Position numbers and translations under genes: made by a program. From assembly GCF_964355755.1 (NCBI RefSeq), contig NC_092672.1, positions 8,618,001 through 8,682,000 of the forward strand: 64,000 bases of DNA. Direction: 5' to 3'. The first letter of the stretch is position 1, and each line of letters starts with the position of its first letter. Positions 12,101 to 27,100 of this stretch are shown piece after piece. The notes below the pieces were generated by a model, which did no database searches, was not told where the DNA came from, and saw nothing but the letters and a program-made list of their open reading frames with translations. The stretch comes from Antedon mediterranea. Taxonomy: Eukaryota; Animalia; Echinodermata.

Positions 12101-15100
12101 ATGGAGTTATAACTCCATGATTGTTGTATGTAAATATACAGCACTGAGAATTGGGTAAAATATCTTGATAGAATACTTTATATTTTTTATATCTATCATA
12201 CTTTGTTTAGTAATGTTTTCATCTGTCAATAAAATTCCATGAAAATAAGAGATGGAATGATAACCTGTTACAGTACAGTCTTGAACATGATGAAAAAAAA
12301 TATATAAAAAAAATTACATTTACAAACTTAATTCAAAGTTACATCTAAAAATACCTAAGTAAACAGCTGTTGAAGTCAGTTCCTAAAGCCTCACAAATAA
12401 TTAATATGAGTTTAATTAACCTCAGATTATTCCCAATAGGATTTGTATTGAACAACTGTTCCCATACTGATCCTTATGTAAACCATGGGACATCTAGACA
12501 TTTTACTGAGACCCTAAAATGTTAACAAACTGTAAACATCTACTGTATCATTGTGTCCCAAGTACAAATTCAGTAGTGGCCAATCACAGTAGATTACTGG
12601 AAAAGTCTTAATTTGGTAGTCTTTACTGAGAAGGCATTTTTTAGGATTGGAGAGGTTTTTTGTTTTTTAGGTATCTTTGATTGGAGAGGTCTTTGATGAG
12701 GATTCATTATTGGAGAAGTATATAGCTGGAAGTATACTCTTCCTTGGAGGTATCTTTTATTAAAGGTTTTTGATTAGATGATTCTTTAACTGCCAAAGTT
12801 TTTAGTTGGAATAATTCTTTCCTGGAAATATCTTCGATTAGAGGTTCTTGATTGGATGATATTCTTTAATTGGAGAAGTCTTTAATGGATAAAGAGGTAT
12901 ACTCTTTCCTGGAGGTATCTTTGATTAGAGGTTTTTGATTGGATGGATGATTCTTTAATTAGATGTCTTAATAGGAGGTACTGTATTTTTGAATGATAAG
13001 GTTTTATTGGATTTTTTTTTTTTTTTAGTTGAAGGTATCTTGATTGGAGAGGTCTTTGCTCAATCACTAATTGACAAGATTTCTGTTTGGAGGAGTCAAA
13101 TTATTTAAAAATTAATACATGCTTGTGTTAATATTATATTCTAGACTCAATATGTTCGACTAGCACCTAAAGGTTAAAAGATGTCCATGGTTCGGTACAC
13201 ATACAAACTCTAAATTTGTTAATGTAACAAACTTTGCTCCATATGAATCACTATTAATTTGCTCTTCTATGAATGACCCAATTCCCACTCACGTCAATTA
13301 TGGAAGATTTTTCCATTTGTAGGTGGCTTTCCTAATTAACTGACAGGTTTAGTCATCGGAATAATTATAAAAAAGTCATGGATTTTCTAGACCTGTTTAA
13401 ATTATCAAATGGTTACAGTTTCTTGACGCCTCTTTACCTTAACCCTGGATAGCTAATGGTTTGATTAGATCAATGAGAAATGCTGTATTGTACAGCAAAA
13501 TAAGTTACTGCAATTTGCAAACAACAAAGAGGTTATATTTTATAATTAAATAGGCGACAGTGAAGTGAACAGGGTAGGGACTCCTCACATTGGCCATCGA
13601 CTATCTGTTAAAAAATATTAATATTATTGGATTTTTCGCATACTAAGATTTTAACACCATGACCTCACATTGATGCTTAACAGAACAAGAGGGAGGCGGA
13701 ATTTCTAACTGCCATATCTGATTGGTCGTTTGAAGCAGCCATATCCAATCACGTTTTTGAACTGTGATTCCATTGGAGTTATATCGTGTTATATAAATCA
13801 TGCATAATGTTTCGGTACACCACGTATATAATTCTGAAAAGAATTGTTGAGTTTCTCAAGAGAAACTCAACAGTTCTTTTCAGAACTATGTACAGTATGT
13901 GGTGTACCGCCAACTTTATTTTAACAACCTTCAAACAATATACAAGAGATATGAAACCTGGTTTCTTGTATGCACCTGAAATTACACAAGATTTTTGCAA
14001 AGTGGTTATGTCAGAAGTAATTGTTCCAGCAGAGAGAATAAATACTGTAACAGGGGCAAAAAGTAAATTTAATCAAAACAAGGTCAAGACATTAATGAAT
14101 ATTGTTTATAATACAATTATTTCAATGTTTAAAACACGAAAACAAGTTTAATATAATTGAAAAACAAGGACGTTCTTTCGTACATGCCAAACAGGTGACT
14201 CAATCAAATCTAATCAATTTTCATAAAGATCACACACATCATGTTTTCTTTCACAGACCTGTCAAGCTGCAGATTCACACCTTACTGTTTACCGATTCCA
14301 GCATGTGATTCTCACCCAACTGATCAATGATACAGTATATGGGGTTTAGCCATGTATTCCATGTTGGCAGTTCTATGGACCATTGATTGGTCAAGAATAC
14401 TTGGGTTGCTTTTGAAATGAGGGATATGTGCTAAAACTACTATTCCTGAACAGGATTTGTTTAGAAAATATGGTTGCTCCACTACTACTATACCGAAAAT
14501 ACTACGATTCCAGCATGTGATTCCCACCTAACTGATCAAAGATATATGGGGTTTAGCCATGTATTCCATTGTCCAATCATATATTCAAATAACAATTCAT
14601 AAAACAATCAACCAAAATCTCTGATTGTTTATTAAATACTATTACTACATGCTATTTCAAAATGTTATAAATAGTTGTTCATTCATGGCTGTTATATTAA
14701 ATATTATTATACTCACTTATTTATATTCATTTCTAACTTAGAAAACACAGAAATATTGCAGCATAATATGCAGAATGCTTATATATAGTACCTTAGTTTT
14801 ACTATTAGTATTATTAAAGATAAAAAATGTATCAGTATTTTGTTATGTGAACTTGACAGTCATATCATATTGCCTCCATGTTCTCCAGACAAATAAACAA
14901 ACAAAAATTCTAAATTATGTCATTAACTTTGTCGTCATTTCATTCTCCCACATGGAAAACACAATGCTAGTATTATTGCTATTTCGCAAATTGAGTTACA
15001 TTTTAAATGTCTATAGGGTTATATCAATGTTGAAATGTTAAACAAATACAATTTGGTTTATAAGAAATTATAACATTGTTTTAGTCACATGTAATATAAA

Positions 15101-18100
15101 GCGGAATACTATTCAGTACATATTACTGTACACACGATGTAATTGTCGGCCGAGCAATGTGTTGGGGTATCTTGGACAACATACACAAATTTATTTTAAT
15201 TTTAATATGGATATTGGATAGTAAAATGATTTTGATTTTGGACAACCTATATTTATTTATTTGTTGACCTTTGAATCGGTGGCTAAAAAACTATTTACAA
15301 GCAACAATACAATATAGTAAATTTTTTTTTTCAAAGTGCCGTTCAAAATTTATTTCAATTTTTTTTTTGCGACTGAAAGCATAGGTAGGACAAAGATTGA
15401 CAAATCAGACACAATGTATGTGAATAGTATAACCTCCATGACATCAAAAGTCTTGTCCTAGAAAATCGAATGCTACCTATTATTTGTTAGACAATGTATG
15501 TTGATATCTAAGAGTGAATTTTGCAATCTATGAAGCAGCTCATGTAGTAATAAACTAAAAATAGGAGAAAATAAAAAAGATACCAATCCACAATCAAAAG
15601 TCCCAGGACATTCCACAAAGAAATTACAATTGAAATCCTATACAAATTGTTAACATTGGAATAAATCTTATTTTTATTAGCTAAAACCCTAATCACCCCC
15701 TTATCAAGTCACGAATCAAAGCAAATGTTACGATTTTACAATAATTTTAAAAGACTCATCAGGAAAATGATTCATGGTTGATGTGAATTTAGTTTGAACG
15801 ATTCACCTAACTATTATAAATGACTGAAAACAAAAACAAGTACCACTAAAAAAAAACAAGATAAAAGTACAAAAATTTCCCAGTGATTAATAACAATCAA
15901 ATGAACCTGTCTGCCGTTACACAGAGAGTAGTTAATAAAGTTTATATATCATTAATTTAAAAAAGATAACATTACTTAATGATAAAACTACAAGTTCTAA
16001 GAAAATTGATATCCTTCATAAATGATTAAACACAGGGTCAGGATTTAGGTTAAGTTAACTTTGTTATGTTTAATATCAAATATATCTTTACATGCCATTT
16101 TGCATCATTTTCATGTGAAAAAATCACTGCAGAACCTACTCAATACAATTACATTGCCTTATTAAATGTAGGCCTACAACTATTCGTCTGCATCTACACT
16201 ACATGCACAGCTGCTGTTTGGTTAAGGGGAACCATGAGGAAAATATCAGTGTGAATGAATGCCTACACACCTCAACAGAGGTTCTATTAAGTACTATCGA
16301 TCGATACAAAATATGATAATTCTAAATGTTGTAACTGGCACAAAAAAATAAATTAAAAAAAAAAAAAAAATAATAATGTTTGTTTGTCCTCTGAATTATT
16401 GTTGACTAATATATTAAAAAATACATTTTCACTCAATCGATTTACAGGGTAATGTCCCCTTATTAGGTGTTCTACTAATATGGGTTGAGTATAAATAATG
16501 CTAGTTAGAACATACAGTATTTCCTCTTAAAATAGGGGTACAGTATCTACTAAATAGGGAGTGCCAAAGGGGTGCAGACTGGGAGATGGGGGGGGGGAGG
16601 GGTTTGTAGGGGTTTACTACATTAGTTTGTTTATATTTCATGTCTGAAACAAATTACAAAAAATATTTTTAAATTTTATCAACATTGGACAAACACCTGG
16701 ATCTGAAACATATAGTCTTCAGTGAATAAAAGTCTATCAACAATCATTTTTAACTTTTAAGTACAATGTCACTTCCAATTTCCGAACGTGAATAACTATT
16801 TGACGACTAAGTGGGCATTACTTTTAGAAATGTACATTTCATTATGTGATAATGTCCATAACAAATTATTATCAATTATTAATGTGTTGGCTGAATGTTT
16901 CAGAAACTTTCACTTTTGGGCGACGAATTGAAACACCTTTACCAATAAAAGAAAAAGCTGAAATTTAATTTTTTTAAATAAAGAAAATTTCACTGTCTGA
17001 AAAATAAATATAATTCAGTTGTATTTCAAGCAGCTGTGTTATTGAAAATTACATCTAAAATGGCAATAAGGGCACAAACACAAAATATCTAATGAAAATA
17101 ACATAGTTTGCTGTACTCAATCTTTTCTAAGACAATTTATTCAAAACTAAAATTTCTTATTTAATCACTACTCAACATATGACTTGCATTTTTATTTCAA
17201 GAAAACCTATATTACTTGATTTGTTGAAAGAAATAAATTATTGATTTTATGAATTTTTATGCTGTCCATCCACAGTACAAATTATTATCTTGTTATTTCA
17301 TTCTTAAAATGTAAAATATAAATTATATAGAGTAAAAAAAAAAAGAACTTAGCCAGACTGGGTAAATTTATGGCAACAATATGACCCCCAGAATTTCAAG
17401 CGTTTCCTGATTGGGTGCACTTAAACCCCCTTAACAAATTCTGACATTATGGACAAAGATCTTTATCGTAATATCTCGTACGATACAATGGAAACATGTT
17501 AGTGTCCAAATCGCTTTGAATCGTAAATATGTCTATGGTTATGGAACAGGTGAAGAACATTATTAAACTTTCAAATCAAATTTGTCCATGTGACGTGAAG
17601 TTATTATTAAGGGATACATGAGTACAAATGAAAGTACATGGGAAAATACAGTCACCAAAACAACTTGTTTTTTAAATAATATAATGCCTGCCGGTGCACT
17701 GTAAAGTTATTATAGACTGTTGCTATTGTTGTATATTACACTGCATTTTTGATGGAACACAATGCTGGTTAGATAAAGGCCTTCTGTAGGTCCGACTGGA
17801 ACCAGGGAGCATGTCTGCCTGGAACCATGAGATATCCTAACCTGCCTCAAATTAAGGCTGCCTCAATGCAAATTTGGCTTATTTAATATTAAATTACATT
17901 GCATATTGTTTTGCATAACGTCTGCTTACTGTACTATGGTCAAGATTCCTGCTTCATGTGATTCCCCACTTATTCAAAACACAAAATACTGGTCCGTAAT
18001 TCTGGCGAAACCACGCAATATTTGGAACTAGATGGAACATGGCCAATATTTTTTAATTACTCTGAATTAGTTATTAAGTACAGATTGGCAATTGTATCGA

Positions 18101-21100
18101 CCTTTTTTAAATTCACTACCATACTAATTTGTTCTGGAATATGTTTGCCATATGACATCAAACTGATTAAAGAATTGATGATGTATTTTTATAAACCTAC
18201 TGTACCTTAATGGAAAAAGAAACAATGGCTAGAATGTACACAAAACAAACATACCATAATCTGATATTTTAACTCACACTGACAGTAATAAATATGTATG
18301 GAGACAAGATAATGAATGTCCTTGAAAGGAATTCAATCATTAGGTGTTTTTAACGAAAATCATTTTCCCCTAAGAAATGAATGAGGTTTACAACAGAGGG
18401 TGGAGAACATTTAAAGATAACATCTAGACAGTATGGTGCCATTCTAGTAATTGCTCATTCTTGTAATGTTTGGCTAGGGTAATTTATAATAATGTTTTGG
18501 AAATGAACAAATATCTTGTAATTTTAAAGTTCAAATTTTGCTTGTCAATATAATAAAATATACATTTTTTAAATTAGTGATAATTTTTATATTAAATATG
18601 GCCATCACCTGACAAGGTGAACATTTTCATAAAGTTACCCATGAGTATCCAAAATGTATGCTTTAATAAACCTGACTAATTTGAATAAAACCCAAGTGGG
18701 AAAACAGAATGTACTGAGGTCAATTTCCATCCAGGTCACTGAATAATGTATAGGTACAGTCCCGGGAAATGTATCCAGGTCAGTGGGATGTACTCATCTA
18801 GCCCAATGGGAAGTGTCCATCTATACAACAGAGGGAATTCATTGGGGATGCATTGGGGGATGTAACAAGGAGTTTAAATATTCATCTAGCCATGGCATTG
18901 ATAAAGTCAGGTTAACCAGGGAATGAGTAATGGGTACTTTTGCCATCAGGATAGAAACATTCAAAGTCAACACAGTTAATACAGCACATCCAGTTGCTCT
19001 TATCCCTTATTATAAATAGGATTTCATAATAGTCAGTAGGATTAGTATAATCCATCCAATTAAAGGATGAATAAGTTAATCCATTTATGTATCATTAATC
19101 CAATGTTGAAGATTTCAATTCAGAAATCCAAGAGCAAAAGAGATGATACAGATTCCTTCCAGTTAAACCAAGAATGTTTCAAAGTCCATCTTAATTTTAG
19201 TAAGATTTAGAATATTTACTTTCATCTTTTGAGGATTACTTCAACCTCTTATGGTCTGTTTTTTATGTTATCATTTAATTGGTTTATAGATTTTCTAGGT
19301 TATCATCAATACCCCTCTTATTAATTCTTTTTCTTTCTGTATTAGTGCTTTAACAGGTTCCTTTTCTATGGAAATTCTTTGAATGGTATAAATAACTACT
19401 GTAAGTTATCATTAAGGCAAAAGTTTGTTTTCATGTCTGAAGGTTATTAAAATTAGAAAGCTATCTATATGAAAAAAATATAAAGAAATGACAGTGATTG
19501 GAAGGCATTGACAGATGTCACTACACAAGTAGATGATGTACTCTTGTGCACAAATGGCCCAAGTTACAATACTGCCATCTGATCAAAAAGAGAGAGAAAG
19601 AGAAAGAGAAGTCACAAACAAGTCACAAACAGGGAACATGAACGGTAGAAGTCTAATTGGTTTTATTTAATTGGCTTGTATGTATGTCTATTGTTAATGA
19701 ATTGGGATTCTGTATTTTGGTTCATCCAAATGTGTAAGTTTCAACTTCATCAATAAGACCTTACTAATAATTATCTCTTAATTATTGATATTAGTCATGT
19801 TTTGGAAGAATATCAAAGTTGTTTTAAAAACTGAAATTGGATTAAACTACAAATTTTACGACAACTGTCGGTAATTTCTTTTCTCACAAATACGACAAAT
19901 GACGTTATTAACTAAGGTTAATTGTTTCCATTTTACAAATGCCAAATAGGAAACAATTGTTGTCTGTTAAACTTCTTTCTAATTCTGTTGTTTTTGTTTT
20001 GGATTTAGAAGGTAATTATATCTGACAAAACAAAGCTTTTCTGGAAAATGAAACCCTTTTTGGTAATTTTAGTTAGCCCCTTTTACCCTGACTTGTTATT
20101 AAAACTGTACCCTTTACATGATGTAATTTCTTTGTCATTCCTTATTATGATATTAAACAGAATTTGAAGATAATTATCGACTGTCTCATATTGCTTACTG
20201 AACTCATCAGAAAGTCTACAGTTATTGATACCCTATTAGACTGGTCATCCTATTAGTTTACAAACCGAACCTGTTTCGATACCATCAAATTCAAAACCTG
20301 TTTTTAGCATGCCGTGTTACTTCCTGTTTGTGAACTTTCAACGAATGGAGTCTGAACACAAGATTAAAACAACATTTATATACCCCAGCTTAACCTTGGT
20401 CTCAATTTGCAAGGAAATGAGATGTTTCCAAATGTTGATGTCCAAAATATATGTAGAGGCCAAGTAAAGAGGAAAAACAAATTATTTACTGGTCAACAAT
20501 TTTATTATCCAAGCGATTTTGCTATTATATAATATATATTTATCGTTTTGATTTAGCTTTTTCTTATTATATTCTGTACAGTATTTCCATATATTTCCTG
20601 CAGCCACTAATACGCAGAGCATTGTCAATTTTTCAGTAATTTGCCTTTGGATTTTTATATATATTATAAAAAAAATTATAAAAAAAAAATTATAAAGAAG
20701 GAACCATGCCAAAACAGAGATAGAAACCGCTTAAAATATAAAATGCTATATAAAATCTATGCAAGTAATTCAACCAGGAAAAAACAAACAATTGAAATGG
20801 AGAAAATCTTATTTTTCTTTAAGTGGTTCTGTAGGTGGTTAACATTGCCTGTTAAGTACTGCACATGGTTCAGTCTTGACATTGTTTTCACTTCAAACAA
20901 ATCTCAAGATCTATTTTTAAATTATTAGTAATTAGATGTTTGCAGAACAAATCAACAAAAGCAAAATGGTTTAAAGTTTAATTACAACCCTTCAGAAGAT
21001 TACAATCTCAGAACACCACCTATAAATCAACACTTCCTTCAGATAACCCTGACTCTCATATTTTACCTTATATGCATTTACCGATGCTTTGCTTCTACTT

Positions 21101-24100
21101 TCATTACTTGTAGCGTTAATTTAGCTGTACATACCAATTACCTAATTATACTTATCATGTCAATTAGTGTGAAAAGGAAGACATTATACCAGCCGCAGAT
21201 TAATCAAGAAAACCACAGTCCTGTATGAATATGGCGCCGCTTAAATTACAAACTATATCCACATTTTTAAGATATTGTGGTAACCTGTGTCCCCAAGGGA
21301 GACCACTGTGATTCGCCCATCCCTTCACTGTGTGAATAAGATGCGAATTAAAAATACAGTACTAATTCCAGAGGGAGCTCTCAATGGTCTAGAAATGATC
21401 AGTAGCCTATTGTACAAACCTACCAATTGACTTGATTATGTTGTTTTTCTTATGTAAAATACTGGAACACCACCCTTAAACTTAAAGTCACAAAATCAAA
21501 GAATAAAATGGTATAAACTACCTCCAAGATAATTGATTAAAAATTTTTACTTACATCGGTTGTTTTGAGCCTTGAGCGTATCAATCTATCTCGTTCTCTC
21601 ATAAATTGTTGCCTTGTGTCAACTTCATCTACCTCTAGATCCACTAAAATTAACAAAGTAACATTATATTATTTGTTAAGATTTTAATATCAAAATATCT
21701 TCGTAGATTTAAACACTATCTCTTTCGGCATAAATAACAATCAATCTGGAAAAAGAGAAATTGGGTATGGAATTATAAAGTACAGTAAGAAAATGTTGGT
21801 GAAGAGATGGACTTCGAATTGGATGATGATGGTGGTGATGAAAAGAACTAGTATCAAGTTGTTATAAGATACTTTGCAGCAGGAATTGGCACAAGCTGAC
21901 TAATTTATATGAGAAAACAAGCTAAACGTTTGTTAACTGGTGGAACATGCCTGAAGCCCTTGTATACCCTCACAACTATGAAATTCAAACTCAAGTAAAC
22001 TGTTGGTACGGCAACGGAAAAAATTGAACTTTTGTGTGGTGTTATTTATTATAATATTCACCAAAAATGTTTAGTTTGAACTTTTGTGTGATGTTACTAT
22101 AAGTTTATTTATTATAATATTCACCAAAAATGTTTTTTTTTAATATAATAAAACATTTCCTCAACAACTTTCTTGCATCATCATCTTCTTCCTATACTGT
22201 GCAAAACCTCATATTTGAGTATAGTCACAGCTTTGGCTTTCTAGTTTTCTTTAAATTTTTCAACTGATAAGCCAAAATGTGTGTATATTATTACTTTGAT
22301 ACAATTTGTAGAAACTTCTTGAAAGACATTGTCAGGAGTTGAATAATACTTGATTTATGACAGATTTTCCTCAAGAACTGTGTGAATGAATAAATTACTA
22401 TTAATAATTTGTTATGACAGATTATCAAAAAGGGAAGAGCTGTTAGAACAGCAATCAATCAGATATATTGGAGAGTTAATTTATAGGAATAGCAGCGGGT
22501 GCAAAATTGATGATGTCACAAGCAATTAACTGAAAAGTTATAATTGGAAATGGGAAGGGTACTCTAGGTTAAGATATACAATCGTGTTTAGGAATTAAAT
22601 CATTAAAATTGTTGTAGAACTGAATATCTATTTTATACTTAGTATTTCACTTAAGAAAATAAATACAATGTTTCCCCTCCAGTGTTCTAAATAACTAGCA
22701 ATCTGTAATGTTATTAGAATACAGTAATTGCTTGAAAAATGTCAAAAATATAAAGAAAATGTTTGCTGGTTGTCATTTAAACAAAAAACAGATACTTTTG
22801 TCAAGTACTTGCACCTTCATCTGCCAATCTGTAAATTTAACTTTTTGTGGAATAATTCATTTAATTTACCGATGAATCTGCTTACTTGGTTTGGTTACTG
22901 AGTTTTTTTAGATTTGTTTTATCAACTAGCAAAACTTTGCTTGTTGTAGAATTTAAAAACTTAATGTCTTATAATTTTTTCAAAGCATTTATAGTGCAAT
23001 TACTGAATATGGTCACTGTTAAAACTATACTATAAATTTTACTCAAACAAATTGCAGTGTTCTACTACCTGAATAACACTATGTAAAATATTAAATTAAA
23101 TCTAAAATTAACCAACATTGGTAAAAAATTAAAAAACTACAAAAACATTACTAGCTGGTGAATTAATAATGAATCCAGGATGTTTAAATTAAACCACAGC
23201 ACAATAGGAAATAGTTGATATGTCGTAATACTAAAATATTACAATGAAGTATCAAAATTTATAATAATTTAGAAATAAGGGAATATTAAATAAAGTACAA
23301 ATATATAAATGATGTTTTCATTATAATAGTAGGATGTATAAATTAACATAATAATTAAGACTGAATTGAGAACTTGGTGGAAACTTATAAATTAGTAAAT
23401 TGATTACTCATATAACAATTATAAATGACATCTCTGGAGGTTTGTATTTAAATGAATAATGTGTTTTGTAATACATTCTTTCAACAATTTGGTATGTAGT
23501 AGTAAGGTGTGTATTTCTAATAATTTTCAATCATAATTTTCAAAAAAATTTAATGAAATTGATTTTGTTTAATTTTAGTTTGCCTAAGCTTCCGCTTTAA
23601 TCTTTTTTATTTCTGGTATTCCATTTTGACGATATTTTCCATTGCCTTTTCAACTCCAGCCTCAATTTTTTCATAAACATAAAGTACATTATAATGATTT
23701 AATTAAATGAATATCAGTTCCGAGACTGATTCCCAGCAATATTAGTTAAAAAATTAACAATACAGGACATGATAGGCAAATGAATTAAACTTTATGGATG
23801 CAATCGGAAAAACTTAAATATTGTATGTTAATTCCATGCGACTTCTCTACATGGGAAAGCATGCGATTTATATATAAAATGTCCATTTAAATTTATTCAA
23901 ATTGATTGATTCCAAGCCAAGTGGAATTATACACCGAAATAGCTGAGAAACCGGCGGATTCTTCCTCGGGTGTGGCTCGATTGTTCACTCCGGTGGAAGT
24001 GTTAAGACACGGATTAAGCTGTTGTCACCATTTGAAGTAGTTAGGCTTATTAGATACATGTGAACAATTAAAGCGTTTCCTATGTTTGAGGAATATTCCA

Positions 24101-27100
24101 TGGTTATCGTTTAATTACGGGATACGTGGCTATAAACAGCATGGCACTTTCTTGAAGTGTTAATAAGACGCACATGGAAATATAACAGTATTATGAAATC
24201 CTGGCAAAGGTATTTTCAAACATACACAATATATTTCACTCCAAAAAAAATAATAAACTAATTTTCTTCTGATATTTTTAAAGTATGTGTCTTTTTATGT
24301 TGTAGTTTTAATATTTGTTCTAATTTGCATAATTGTGATTTTACAATACAAGCCGAATCGTTGCCTAAAACCTAAAATAGAGAACAAAATTTTGACTTAA
24401 ATTTTAAACTAAGTTTTACCCATTTGGCTAGACAATTGTTGACAAAAATGAAAATATCAATTATCTTGACCAATAGAGCAAAGGACGGGTCCTGTCACAA
24501 AATGATTGAAAAGTAAGTGAAGCAGAAATCCCTTTAAATGACCATTGATGGTGCAGAAATCATTTGACCAATAGAAAATATGGCGTAGTAGTTTAAGACA
24601 ACTTAAGGAATTAGAGATAGAAGAAGCAAGCAGTTTCCAGTTAACTTGTTGATAGATATTCTATCTAAATATATACAAAATAATTTTTCTAAAAATTGCT
24701 GCAAAGTCATTCAAAATTATTTCAAAATTTTGGTGTTAAAAATAGACTATTTAGTTTGGTATCAGTCTTATACCTCGCTTGAACATTTTATCTTAATGTT
24801 CTAATTTGCATATTTGTGAAAACATCTGATGTGACTATACAAATTTAACAATTACTTAATTAATTTTTAAATCAAACAACGCATACCCTAAATTACTTTT
24901 TGTAAAGACTTCAAAATGACTTGCATAATTATTGTCACTTCTTATCAAGTCAGATGGATTAAAGAATTAAAATTTAAATGATCTATTCCACCCACAAAAT
25001 AACAACAAAATCGGTAAAGTAACAAAATTAGTGCTTCGTGAGAGTTCACCTTGAACAACTACATTGTACGGACTTGTTACAAGGTACCTGTCGGCACTTC
25101 TTTTTTTTTCGCACTTCCCGTCACTTATTTCTGTCAATAACCATCTCTTTCTTTCACTGCCAAAGGATCTTCCTGTTATTTGAATAAAATGTGTCCCAAA
25201 ATTTGTTGATCATTTTTTCGTTTATTTTGTGTTTAGTTTAATTTGCTGGCTTGCTTTTCGTACAATAACAATATTGTCATTGTGAAAACAATGAGTAATC
25301 GGGAAAATTGTTTAAGGTCATATTCACAAAGCAAAAGTACTTTTCTATTTAACATTCAACATTACTAGATATATTTAGACCCCTGGATATAAAATATAAA
25401 GAAAAAAAAATGTTGTAGAGGATGTTGAAAGAAAATGAGTTGATGACTAGGCCAATTGTACTAACTGTTTCTATAACACTTAATGCTTTATATTACTGTA
25501 CTATTTAGTTTTATGTTGGAAGTACGAGGAAGGTTTAAATTTCCAACTACGGCAGATTGTGTCCTCCATTATTAGTAAATGTATCACAGAAATGAAATAA
25601 ATAAATACAGTAAACAAATTGTTCTATAGGATGTTAAAAGATATAATGATGATTTTGTGTCATTTTTATTTGTATGTGAAAGTATTATACTCCAAGTACA
25701 AAACATTTCCTTACCATTTTTCTTTATTTCTATTCATTTGGGAACAAACACCAACTGTTCTGACAAAACACCTTATTTTGCGATGGGTTTTGTATAATAT
25801 ATTTAAATTATCTGTTTAATTAATTAATTTACTGTTTGTTAAAATGTACTAGGGAGTGATTGCAAAATGTGTCTGAGATTTATATTCTCACTCCTGGTTA
25901 ATATTCATTGGTGACCAAATAAATATAATTATTTTAAAGTCCAAAGGCAAATTAGTGAAAAAATGACAATGCTGTGATTATGAGTGGCTAGATTTCAATA
26001 GAGAAAAATTATTATTTAATAAAGATATTGAGAATGTTTCAATAATTATTCTGTTTATTAAATACCAAAAATGAAAGTTAAAACATGAACAATTTATAAT
26101 CTGCGTTGGCTACCCACTTGAAATAATTCTCCATTTGTGAGATAGTTGAACATAATCTTGGACATATCATTAAACTTTCTCTTTCTTTTCTCAGTACGTT
26201 GGTGCTTAAAAACATGATAATGAAGAAAAGAAACATAAAGATGGACTTTTGACTGAACTAGCGGTAATAACATTTAAGCTTCATAATTTAAACAAAGGAA
26301 CTATAGGATAACCCAAATCAATAAATTATTTAATTTATTAATTTCTATTTCTTTTAATTTAATTTAAAACTGTAAGTAATATCATTTTTGTTCAGTAGCT
26401 ATACAGCTGTCTAGGCTAACTGTATTATGTATAAAAACATGTAAATAATTAAATATAGCACAATTAATTAACTATAATATCTCTATGATTAACCCCAGTT
26501 AATGAAAGAAAAATTATAGCACACATGGCAATGGTCTGGCATTTTATAATCTAAAACAAAAGACAAAATGATACAAGATGGACTTTGAAAATAGTAATTT
26601 AAAAAAAATATATATCTTTATAGGAAATTTGGTTGTAATTTTTCAAGGGACAATAATATAATACACTATAGTATAAATAAAAATGAAATTAGAACAATAA
26701 CATGATTGAATAAAGTAGGGGAAGTGAGACAAACCCAAGTGACAATCTGATGGATTGATTGATTACAAATTATAATTGTTTTATTAAGTTGTTTTGTACT
26801 AGGTGTTTGTGTAACTACTAGGTTTAAGTTGAACAATTGTGAGAGGTAAGATAATATAATGGGTTTGCCTGTACAGAGAAATCATTTTACAAAACACAGG
26901 TTTATCTCAGCCCAAAATGATGTAAGCAAAAACGTAATAAGAATCAATAAACATTTAATTTCTTCTGTTACTGTAGTATCAAAGGAAAAGGTCTACAGTT
27001 TTCTATTTAAATTGGATATATGAACATTTGAACTTGAGTAATACTTTGATAATGTTTCCATGCTTGCTTAATATTCCACACCCTCTAGGTGAACATGAGA

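Noticed and set aside
22025-22137. Short tandem duplication of ~55 bp
   Set aside because: Ordinary local duplication with no sign of function.
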